This document shows, piece after piece, positions 1-10,208 of a DNA stretch of 20,000 bases. A program made the translations under genes and the position numbers. The stretch lies in the NCBI GenBank assembly GCA_010015585.1, contig ML975154.1. One strand, given 5' to 3'. Numbering within the stretch: the first letter of the stretch is position 1; each line of letters opens with the position of its first letter. The notes under the pieces were generated by a model. The model ran no database searches. It worked only from the letters and a program-made list of their open reading frames with translations, and had not been told where the DNA came from. The stretch is from Eremomyces bilateralis CBS 781.70. Its lineage: Eukaryota.

Positions 1-238
1 CGCCATTGAAGCCGCTACCCGATAGCCGCTCGTCGCGCTTCGAGGGCGGGAGGCCCAAGGATTTTAGATCGGGCAGGTTGAGCGATGTCGACGGCTTGTG
101 GCGTGGCACGGCGGGGAAGTCGAGGGTCGAACGATCTGTCTGCGTCGGTTGTGGAGGGGAGGTTGACGCAAATGGCTGGCGTGGTGATTGCGATTGCGAG
201 TAGGACGGAGGACGACTCCGTGGTTGTTGTAGCTCCAT
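1..238 (-). CDS. Partial (5' end only) hypothetical S/P/Q-rich protein, possibly a regulator N-terminus; runs off the window start
   Basis: ATG at 238 in a good context (GCAACGATGG), with an in-frame stop upstream at 248-250. The frame stays open to position 2: MELQQPRSRPPSYSQSQSPRQPFASTSPPQPTQTDRSTLDFPAVPRHKPSTSLNLPDLKSLGLPPSKRDERLSGSGFNG. A pyrimidine-rich, promoter-like tract lies on the minus strand at about 590-720. Not in the ORF track because it has no stop in the window. Confidence 0.55.
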   Translation of the reverse strand, partial: MELQQPRSRPPSYSQSQSPRQPFASTSPPQPTQTDRSTLDFPAVPRHKPSTSLNLPDLKSLGLPPSKRDERLSGSGFNG

Positions 239-1158
239 CGTTGCGGTTTAGATATGTCAACCGCACCGCTTTGCAGAAGGATGTGGCTCTGCGGGCTCGG
301 TGTCGCCCATACACGGCCTCGCTTCTGGATGTTCCAGTACTGAGCAACTGATGTCTTCCTCGTCCAGTATTTTGACCCGGTGGAAATTCGTGGTGATGAG
401 CGAAACCGGCGTCAGATTCACCCAGGCCGTGTTGGATGTCTTGGCGGCTCGTGATAGTTCAATCCTCCAGTTTCAATAACGACGACCGACTAGGTTTGCA
501 TGTGCAAGAGGGTCCGTTCCAGCGGGTTCGTCAGCGCGGATGGCTCTGCTCGATCGCGGATGGATTTTGAGGCCTGCAAACGGAACGGATGTAGGTAGGA
601 TGGATGGCCGGTGGGAGGTCGAAAGAAATATCGGACCGGATGGTGTAAGGATAGATCGTAGGAGAGATAGGGTAGGGTAGGAAAAGACAGGATGAGACGG
701 AAGGTAATCCAGGGCGGATGATGGACTATGGTTGGTTGGATAGCATCTAGCTTTCGTTCTTTGCATGTGAGAATTCCACTATAGACGGTTTTAATAGTAT
801 GTATTGCCGGTAAGAAGGAGGGAGGGATTCGATCTAACTGTGAGTGAGAGAGGAGCAGCATGTGATACAGCCATATTCCTTCGGATCCCCCACGACGACC
901 CTCTCCCATTCTCCCCCATTTCCCCCCACCACCCTTGGTGCTGAACATAATTAGAGTAGAAACAGGGAGGGGCACGTGAAAGGGACATGGAAGCTCCTAC
1001 TGATGCTTATGGTGGGGGAAGCGCCAGTCAGATTGGCTGGATTAACCCTTATACATCGTTACAACTTACAATAGGTGAACAGATTAATTGCCATTCACAT
1101 TTCGCTTCCAAAGCTAAAACAAGTGTAGTAACCTATAGACATCATATCATAACCACCG

Positions 1159-2884
1159 CTAGAAATGTTCCTTCCAAAACTTAAACTTCACCTCCCGACA
1201 ATCCGCCTCCTGACACGCCCGCTTGATATCCCTCGCCGCCACGCTCGGCCCGCAGAAATACACCCCCACCTCTGTCCTTAACGTCGCCTCGAGCCCCCTC
1301 CCCCCCAAATCCCGCATATAACTCCCCTCCACAATCCCATCCCTTAGCCCCGTCAACAAGCGCGGAAAGTCCGGCCGCCCAAAGTTCGTCCGACTCCGCA
1401 GCTCCGTCAGCGGATCTTTCGCCTGCCCCACGCTGTTCAGCACGATATTCTGCGCCGCGTCCACGTCCAGCCGCTGCGTCAGGTACGTATGGATGCGCAG
1501 GAAGTCGTCCTGCCCGTCGCCCGCGGCGCCCATGCTCTGCGCCTCGAGGCTGGAGAGCAGCGCCTGGAACCACTCGAAGGACGCGGTGTCCTTGCACACC
1601 CAGATGAACTCGACGCGGCGGAGGCGGCGCGGCGGGTTGGGGCCCTGGCGGAGGTGGTAGATGTTCTTGAGGATTGACGCCCATGGGGTGACGCCGATGC
1701 CGGTGCCGATGAGCACGGCGATCTCGTTGGAGAACACGTCCTCGGCGGGCGCGCCGTACGGGCCGTCGATGCGGATCTGCGGCATCGTCTGCCCGGCTTG
1801 GAGGGCCACTTCATACATGCCGGAGGGGTCGACGGGGCAGCTGGTGATGGTGAAGGGGTGCCATTGGTAGTAGGAGATGGAAGGGCAGTTGAGGAAGAGC
1901 CATTGGCCGGGTTTGTAGTGCATCGAGGGTTTGCGGAATTGGATCTCGACGGCGTCTGGGGCGGTTAGTGGATTCCGCTGAGTAGGGAAGGTAGGTCTTA
2001 CCGTATGGATGCTTGACGACCTTAACGATCTCCGTCGCTTGCCGGGCGCGGATTTCACGGTAGATCCGCTCGAGCAGGTATAAACCGCCCCCGACTAACT
2101 CCCATCGCCAGCCCTCGTATCCAATGCAATGATTCCAGAAATTGGCACCAGCAAACGGGCTATAAGGATCCGTCGTGTCACGCACGAAGCATCCGGTCGC
2201 ATGCGTATACATGCCCAGGAGGAACGGGATGAAGAGGTGATGCGCATACCAAAACGTCTCATACGACTGCTGTCGTACCCGGTGATGAGCGGTAGTGTAC
2301 ATCAAGAGCATGCACAGCAGCATGATATGCCCGGTAATCCCACCCGCCTGGGTATAATGAATCTGCAGCGCCAGTTCCGGGCGGAGCTGCGCCTTCTCTA
2401 CGTTGATGAAGCTGAATCACACGTTAGTATTGACCTGGCAGCACAGCACTCGTTACCTACTTGACGTAATGACTGGCGACATGAACCATCGTCCACCACA
2501 GCAGCTGATAGGCCACCTGCCGATGGAACCATTGCGATTCATCTAGCGGAAGCCATCGAATTTTCGGTCGAACGTATCGGAGGATCGTCCGACACATGGG
2601 TAACAGAATGATCATCGTATCGACCGACAGAACCAACCCGGCTCCTCGCGAGAACCACACCGAGTACGTGAGCGTGTTCAACCCCGCGAGACGGGCATCA
2701 CTTTGCTGCTTCCACCTGGACATAGCAGTTAGTATCGGATCGCGTCATCTGGTCGGGTTGCGCTCTGGGACACTCACCATCCAACGGCAAAAAGCGCCCA
2801 ATGAAGTCCATGGAAAGCGAGGTAGAAAATCAACTTCCGCGCCGTGAAATGCTTCTGCCAGAACGTCCGCTCCGTTTGACCCAT
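1159..2884 (-). CDS. noxA: NADPH oxidase NoxA/Nox1 (gp91phox homologue), 4 exons, 522 aa as assembled; carries an apparent internal in-frame deletion
   Basis: Exons 2884-2778, 2715-2461, 2411-2002 and 1955-1159 total 1569 nt and stay in frame. Introns are 62, 49 and 46 nt, GT..CAG, with CTAAC branch sites. Motifs: heme-ligand His pairs (WFHRQVAYQLLWWTMVH; FWYAHHLFIPFLLGMYTH), HPFTITS, IDGPYGAP, LIGTGIGVTP, VYFCGP and terminal FWKEHF. No EF hands and no long N-terminal extension, consistent with NoxA. Confidence 0.96.
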
Positions 2885-5366
2885 TTTGCAACGATAGGTC
2901 TCCCTTTATCCAAAGTAAACCAGCGGGATGACTTCTGAGGTGCTAGAGGTACTGAGGCGAAGCAAGGAAGCTATCGTCCGATTCCTTCGAATACGCAATC
3001 AAACCCCGAGAAGAAAGAGATGTCGTCCGTGAGGGGTATATACAACCAACCCCGTGATTCGTAACGAGTAGCTAACAAAATGCAAAGTCGTTTCCAAGAG
3101 ATTATCGTACGGAAGGGAACGCCGACAGGTGTACCCAGCGCAAAAAAAGAGCGACAATTAGACCTGCAGATGGTAAAAAGGAAAGGTCACCGGCCAGCCA
3201 GATCTAGGAATGAAAGTAGAGATGAGGGAGAAACCTGCGAATGCCCTAGAGTGGACGAGCGGTAGGTATGTGCGGTGGATGAGTTATGAGGAAATTGTAA
3301 ATTTGGATCAGTCGCGGATCGCCTGCGCTGCGTATTGGACTGCTTTGTGAAGAGAGGAATGCAATTCCTTTTTCAGATGTAATTGTTTGAGGCAGCTCGG
3401 GACCAGAGCTGCGAGATCCCGGTGGCCGACGACTTCTGTAGTTCGCCTTCACCTAGTCCTCGGTCTGAAACTGCCGACACTCGTTAACAGCAGTGTGAAT
3501 TCTCTCGAGTAATGGGTCCCGGGGGTTGGGTTTGACGTGTTGCTTTCCCATGTACTAGTTGAGAAGTTCAACCATGCAGGTAGGGCGGTCTGATCGAGGT
3601 TGTCTCAGATGTGTATCGGACTGGGACAGAGTCTGAGGGGTCAGGGAGATGTGGTGCGGGATTATCGTGATACAATGCTTCGGTGGAGTATTCGGAAATG
3701 TATGAAGGAAGTCCGTCTGATTTTAACTCGACGGTGGAAATGCGATTTGGATCTAAGGCGCGGAATCCGATATTCCCAGATGAGTTTCGAATGAAGTAAC
3801 AGGACACGGTTCCTGATAAAGGTATTTCTCCCGTTCCAGCTCCTAATCCCAGCGTCAATCGTCCGCCAACCTCTTCCAGCAATCCTTTAATTCTTTCAAA
3901 GTGTGCGGCGCAAATCGCGCTGTGCGGCGATCCAGGGCGAAGGGGGGGCGTTGGTATGGGATGTCGGATCTGAGACGTACAGCCGTCAGAAGTCCGCCTG
4001 ACTGAAACGCTGGTGGGCTGTCAGCGGAAGGCGGGGCGCAGAGGTGCTTTCGGCGGTGTGGATAGGTAGCCCGGGGATGGCAGTGCGCGGCGAGCTCATT
4101 GCGGGCGATTGAGGCACATCGTGAGGCGGAAGGAATGGAAGGGAAGATACAGTGTGGAAGGATACGGTAGTGATGCAGAAATGTTGGCGATGGGCGTTCG
4201 CATGTCCAAGTGTGGACTATGGAGAAGCGAGGGACCACCCGATGTACCGACTGGGATCTTCCCGTGAAATCCACCACACTAATCGGGATCCTCAAAACCT
4301 AAAGCGAGTCAGGAGTAGCGAGGAGGGGTATCAAAGACCAAGGCGAATAGTACGGAATATGCAAGTCAGGATATCACCGACTGACATTTCCAGAATAACC
4401 AATTCGTTGAGATATCGAATCGGAGACCATTGTTCTCAGTCGATTCTCCCAGAGTTTCCGTGTCTCGTCCAGTCTCCAGGAAGATAGAGGAGCTATTTTT
4501 GCTCGCACATGGTTCTGCAGCGACAAGGACTGGTCACCAACGGATTGGTGACGTGCGACCCGGAGCATGCAAGGTCCAACCAATCTGCATGGTGCTGCAA
4601 CCGCCCGAAAACAGACTACCCAACGCCCCGGCTTGTCAGTCCTGGAAGGTTGTGGATGGTCACACTTGGTATTCAGCTCTCGTAATGCCCTTGCATTGTG
4701 CTGGTTCGGAACCTGTTGTACTTCGAGGGACTTTTCCAATGAGCCGACATGAAGCGACTCGGCGCTCTGGGTGGGTACGACGGAAAGTAAAATCGGGTTC
4801 ACTGACATCCTCCACAGCCCAAACATCACTCTCGACGGGCGTGTTGCCAAATTACCAAAATCTAATTGACAAATGTTACGATCGAAGTCAACGCCGAGGA
4901 CACGCCAAAGATCAAGTAAGATTTGAACTAAGAAATTCAGACTTCGCTTCGAAGGATATTGCTAAACTCATCACGCCAAGAGCGACAACCCCGCTCGACT
5001 TGCGGTCGATCTGACATGCGGAAAACTGGTGGCTGGGGATTGGTGACGCATTTAGGGCTCACTCAAGGAATTCAATGTAGCACGAATACGGAGTATCCGA
5101 GTCGCAATCAGCAAAGCAGCCGGGATAAAAGGTGATCCATATGTGATAATCAAGACCGTATCAGTGGGTTGAAGAAGAGGGCATCCACGGCGCCGGGATA
5201 TCCATTCTGGTTGGAGATCTAGATGGGAGATGGAAAGATGGTGGGAGGGTGGGATGGTGAGTTGGTGATGGTGTGTAGCTGTGGGAGGGAGGAAGCGAAG
5301 CCGAAGGTGACGGTCCGAATCGAGGGGCGGCCTTGGGCGGTCAGGCCCCCTGCAAGCTCCATTTGG

Positions 5367-5411
5367 TTCACAATTCACATTTACATTTCACATTTCACAT
5401 TTCACACTTCA
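5367..5411 (+). repeat. Imperfect heptamer tandem repeat (TTCACAT)n, about 6 copies
   Basis: TTCACAA TTCACAT TTACAT TTCACAT TTCACAT TTCACAC TTCA, read directly. Confidence 0.85.
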
Positions 5412-5601
5412 TGCGCATTACGAACTCTCGGTGTACAGGATTTGATAATTGGATTCGCACTAATATCTATCCTCCATATTCCATGTCATTGAAGCGAGCG
5501 GGAATATCTGTCCACTGTCCATATACTGCTCCAGAAGATCCTCAAACACTTCCTGGAGCCGCAACTGGTTGACTGATGCCACGGCGGTAATCTGGTACGG
5601 C

Positions 5602-5609
5602 TAAGCGCC
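5602..5609 (-). promoter_or_regulatory. Candidate PRO1/ADV-1 (Zn2Cys6) binding site GGCGCTTA
   Basis: TAAGCGCC on + equals GGCGCTTA on -, the recalled Sordaria PRO1 consensus. A CGG triplet flanks it. It lies between noxA and noxD, whose orthologues belong to the PRO1/ADV-1 regulon. Confidence 0.4.
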
Positions 5610-6606
5610 ACCCCTCCATTTCCTGCCAGTCAATTCCAACGTGCGCGCCTCGTGGCCGACCCAATTGCTGGTTCCGAACCATCCGATTGCCGCATGATAA
5701 ACTCCTATTGATGTCCTGGATACCATTGTAATATCCGGACAATCCAACCGACCACGGGGCACAACAAGTTGAGCCAGCAAGTGCCCAACGATAGAATGAT
5801 AAATGAGAATATGAGGCAATGGATGAGACAAACACCAATCATCTCGTGTATCACCTTGCGCCTTCCCTGGCGCTTCCACCCTGGCACGGTTCACCTCCCT
5901 TTAGCTCTTTTGGGTAGGCATGTCCCTGCGATACCCTTATAACGACCCCGGCCCTTGGCTCTTCCCGGAGCTAATACCCCGGTCGATCGATGAGAATCAC
6001 GGATCCTCGGGCTGGGATTGGCTGGAGGGCCGTGCCTGTAGCCGCCCACCATGCATGGACTCCACATGCACCCAGATTCCCCTCCCCAACCCCATGTCTT
6101 GCACTGATTGACTGATTTCACAGTGAGCTTCTCGTCCACACCATGAACCCGGTGGGAGGAGGGCGGCAGACTCTGGTGATGTCTCTTGCTCGAATGTCAG
6201 TGGAACCACTTATCACATCACCCAAGAGGTTCCTTTCGAGCTATCGTCAACTAACTTCATGCTTCTATCCGACTTGGTCCGCTTCGATATCCTGCTATCG
6301 TAAAGATTGATACGAGTCTCCCCCGCTCGTCCACTTCCCACTGGTAGAGAATCGCATGAAATACCTCCTCCTACCCGCCACTCCCTCACACCACAATCCG
6401 CGACACCTCGAGTTGCAGATTCGTATTTCTGCCTCTTTCACTGCCTCACCTCTGAACCTCCTGTCAGCGAACATTCCCCACCGAGAAGACATCGCCTCCA
6501 TTGAATCCATCCCGCAATTAGCCATCGACTCGCCACGATGTCCGCCGCATAACCGCCGCTTGACTGCTAATTTCGGAGCGAAGTAAGAGAAGGAAATCGA
6601 AGTCAA

Positions 6607-6630
6607 GCGACCTCAAACGCGACCTCAAAC
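6607..6630 (+). repeat. Perfect 12-bp tandem duplication GCGACCTCAAAC x2
   Basis: Copies at 6607-6618 and 6619-6630, read directly. Confidence 0.85.
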
Positions 6631-7367
6631 GGCGTCGACCAATTTCTCCTCGCCTATTACTCACGTCGCTACTACCATTCCTCCCCGTGGACGCCTTGAT
6701 ACTTCCGCCTCCTCGTCGATCCTTCGCCTCTCTTAAAATTAGTCTTCGATCCCATTCCAGATCCCTATATACGGCAAGGAAGCGACAGAAACCACGCTTT
6801 GACAGCGCCCCTTAGACCGACCATTTCTTCGTTCCCATCTCCACCCGTAACGCACTTCCGACACCCACCGCCGCTAACCACCTCGCCCACGAACCCATCC
6901 AATTTTCCTCGAACACGCCGTATCCCCACCCGGCACAGATCGCTCCCCACGGCAAGGTTCGATCACGCCCACAAATCCTGAACTCGGCACCCCGCACCGT
7001 TCCAGCGCGGACGGCGATGGAGTCTGGGTGCTAGTGCCCAGGCTGGACGATGCAATTCGGGGTTTACATATACCAGGCTCTACCCGTGTGCGCTTGTGCT
7101 TAGTTCTCCGCTCTTCGTACTTTCGTTGAGCGTTGACCGTGCAGCGTGGAACTGCCCTGGTGGAGTGAAGCCCTTCTTTCTTGCATCTCGCTTTTCGCTG
7201 TTGCGGCCGGGTCCGATCTTTGGGTGATATCTTGCTCTCCTGCTCATCATCGGTTGGCTGCGTCACTCGTTGGAGGAAGCTAGCATCTCGAGATATATCA
7301 CACCCGAACCAACCTCTCCCAATCGGCATACGAGCCTACCTAATCATCAACTGATATTCAAACCATC

Positions 7368-7912
7368 ATGGGTCGCCTAATAAAGAATCACTGGGCCCGC
7401 CTCATCGTCCTCACAGCCGCAGCCTGTAAGCTCCCCCATCCCCCTCCAATCCACCCACTAACCCCCCAGACCAACTCGCCGCCGCCCTCGAAGCCTTCTT
7501 CTGGCCCAAAATCTTCTGGGACTTCCTCTCCCACAACCTTGACCGCGCCGTCACCCCGATCCCCTTCCTGCAGGTCATCAACCTCATCTTCGCCGTCTCC
7601 GCCCTCGCCCTCGAGTGGCCGCTGAAGTACATCGCCGGGACGTCGCTCCATCGGAGCATCGAGCTGAGGTTGATTATAATCCCGCTGTATGCCTTGGCGT
7701 CGATCTTGTTGTACCAGGGGACAAATCCCGCGATCTACTATATCATCGCTGAGGGTATCTATTTCTGGGGTTTCTCGGAAGGAGAGGTGAGTCGCCGTCG
7801 ACTGGTTTAGCTTTCGAGAACTCGGCTGATTCGATGATAGACTATTTGCGAACGACCGTGGACATTACCAGTCCGCGTGCGACGATCGGAACTAGGCGGT
7901 TCAAAGGTATAA
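7368..7912 (+). CDS. noxD: NoxD/Pro41/HAM-6, fungal p22phox homologue, 3 exons, 148 aa
   Basis: Exons 7368-7425, 7470-7786 and 7841-7912. Introns are 44 nt (GTAAGC..CTAAC..CAG) and 54 nt (GTGAGT..CTGAT..TAG). The protein MGRLIKNHWARLIVLTAAAYQLAAALEAFFWPKIFWDFL...LEWPL...LLYQGTNPAIYY...FWGFSEGETICERPWTLP... matches the Pro41/NoxD family signature. Confidence 0.93.
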
Positions 7913-8259
7913 CCCTTGCGGTTACCTTTCCAGTTTCTGTTTCTGTGCATATCCGTCCAACCGTCCGTAAATACTCTCTGGACGACGGTGACGATGATGG
8001 CGCGTGGGTTGTGAAAGGTCGGGGAACTTTGCATAGCGTGGCGCATGGCCTTTGGGGGCCTTTTTACACCATGCCTCTCAAGCGTCGGGCAATATATTGT
8101 GTTATTTCGGACTGCGAGCGAATATCTTGTTGATGGAAGTTTGTTGTAGAGTAATGACGGCTCGAGCCCATGTGGCTCGATATGAATCTAGCATTATATA
8201 TGAATTCACCATGTTTTCATTATCATGCACAGAGCTGACTCTTCTCATCATCCTTACAT

Positions 8260-9764
8260 CTAATACCTCGTCAACTCTGGACTTCCCTCCGCCCTCGGCG
8301 CGGAGAACCGCGTCTCCGCAAACACCTTCTGCATACCGTCCGCCTTCTTCTCGAACTGCCCGTACACCTTGTCCAGATCCTCCACCCGCACCCGATGCGT
8401 CACCATCCGCAGCGGATCGATTTCTCCGGACCGAACCTTCTCCAGCAGCTCCTCCCAGTACTTATGCACGGGCGCCTGCCCGTTCCCGATGAGCCGGATG
8501 CCCCTCTCCATGAGCGAGCCGATATTGAAGTGATTCGTCTGTTATTTGTTAGTGGTTTGTGATTTGTGTTGTCTGTTGATCCGAGCGATGAACGTACGAA
8601 TCCAACATACACCCCCGTCACGCCGACCCGTCCATAGTTCCGCACGCTTGTAATCATCTCATTCAACACCTCCGACGAATCTGTCTCCGCCCCCACCGCC
8701 ATTTCCACCGCATGCACCCACCCCTTCGCATACTCCCCCGCCACGCACTCCAGCCCCACATCCGGTCCCCGCCCCCCCGTCATCTCCTTCAACCGCTCCG
8801 TGACGCTCGTCCCCGCCGGCAGCTCCGCGTAGTTCAGCGTCTCGAGGCGTGGCTGCTGGGATTGACAGAAGGCGAGCCGCCAGTTGCGGTCGATGAGGAT
8901 GACGCGGGCGGCGCCGTGGTGGAAGGCGAAGTCGGCGCTCATTTGCCCGATGGGGCCGGCACCCCAGATGGCGACGACGTCGTCTTTGGTGACACCGGTG
9001 TCGACGACGGCGTGCCAGGCGGTGCAGAGGACGTCGGAGAGGTAGAGGCCTGGGAGGTCATCGTCAGTACTCCCTTACTGATCCCACTGATCTGATACCA
9101 CTGATCTGATCCCACCGATCCCACTGGATGGCGTAGAATCGGCCCGAGCTAGGGGGAATCACGAACCTTTCTCATCCGGCACATCATCCGGTAATTTCAA
9201 CAGGTTCACGTCTCCCAACGGCACCCGCACATATTCCGCCTGCCCGCCCGCAAACCCCCCGGTGAAATGACTATACCCAAATATCCCCGCCGTCCTTCCC
9301 CCATACATCGTCCGCTGCGCCCGATTCCCACTCGTCCGCTCGCACTGGCTGCTCAACTTCCTCTCACAATACCAACACTCCCCGCACGCGATCTGAAAAC
9401 TCGCCACCACGCGATCGCCCGCCCCGACGTTCTTCACCGCCGATCCCACCGCGTCCACCACCCCGCAGAACTCATGTCCCAGGATATCCCCCGGCGATAG
9501 CTCGATCACGACGCCATGCAGGAGGTGCAGATCGCTGCCGCAGACCGTACTGCCGGTGACGCGGAGGATCACGTCGGTGGGCTCGAGGAGGGTGGGTTGC
9601 GGGACGGTGCGCATGGCGACATGGTTTTTGCCTTGCCAGGTGAGGGCGCACATGGAGGTGTGTGGGGTGGTGGCGGGGGGTTTGCTGATGTCTTGGGCGG
9701 TGATGGGGTCGCCGGTGTGGCCGAGGGTTTTCTCGGCGGCGTAGGCGGCGCGGGAGGCGGCCAT
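8260..9764 (-). CDS. Zinc-dependent medium-chain dehydrogenase, glutathione-dependent formaldehyde dehydrogenase-like (YbdR-type), 3 exons, 442 aa
   Basis: Exons 9764-9167, 9049-8598 and 8538-8260; introns 117 and 59 nt. Catalytic Zn motifs VCGSDLH and GHEFCG, structural Zn motif CGECWYC..SQC, GYSHFTGGFAGGQAEY, LYLSDV, Rossmann motif WGAGPIG. Confidence 0.9.
9077..9127 (+). repeat. Degenerate minisatellite of ACTGATC(TGAT)CC-type units inside intron 1 of the dehydrogenase
   Basis: ACTGATCCC ACTGATCTGATACC ACTGATCTGATCCC ACCGATCCC ACTGG. Confidence 0.8.
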
Positions 9765-10208
9765 GGTGGTTATGGTGATGGGTCGTGAGGTGGATTGGGT
9801 TGGTGGGTGGGTTGGGTTATGGTGGTGCGGGGAGAAGTGAGTGGGAGGTCAGCCATTTAGATCGAGTTGTTGTGGAGGACTTCATGATATAGATAGACGA
9901 GGTTGAGGGGCCCGGAGTCATCATGACGTTGGATGGTATATTGGTGGAATGCATCAAATCTGAGGGATCGTGATGATCGATGGATGATGCGGCCACCCCT
10001 GTTGCTCGTTCAGACGACGTCATTCGTTCTGATGATAGTCCCCGTGTTGTGCGTCAATGGTAGGATATTATTCCTTACCTCGAATTTCAATAGTCCATTG
10101 TATATAACCTTACTATTGTGTATAGTACAATAGTTAGCACGAAACAAAATTTTATTGGGAACTACAGCCGTATATTCCCAGCGCTCATAGACCATCCCGT
10201 TGTACCCC

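Noticed and set aside
4374..5014. ORFs 4430-5014 (+, 194 aa) and 4374-4850 (-, 158 aa), and other short ORFs in the noxA-noxD spacer
   Set aside because: These two start at non-ATG codons, lack the codon bias of the real genes and show no recognisable motifs. They are probably chance ORFs.
8162..8180. Hairpin TCGAGCC-CATGT-GGCTCGA between the convergent 3' ends of noxD and the dehydrogenase
   Set aside because: A single 7-bp stem is expected by chance, and intrinsic terminators are not a eukaryotic Pol II feature.
9050..9166. Possible stwintron (G|GTTCGT...CAG|TAAGG) in the dehydrogenase intron
   Set aside because: The external intron would be only about 29 nt, and two-step splicing would shift the frame. 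One-step splicing gives the conserved EKGLYLSD.
9969..10032. GTGATGA...CTGA resembling a box C/D snoRNA
   Set aside because: The terminal stem is weak, no rRNA-complementary guide is recognisable, and there is no host intron.
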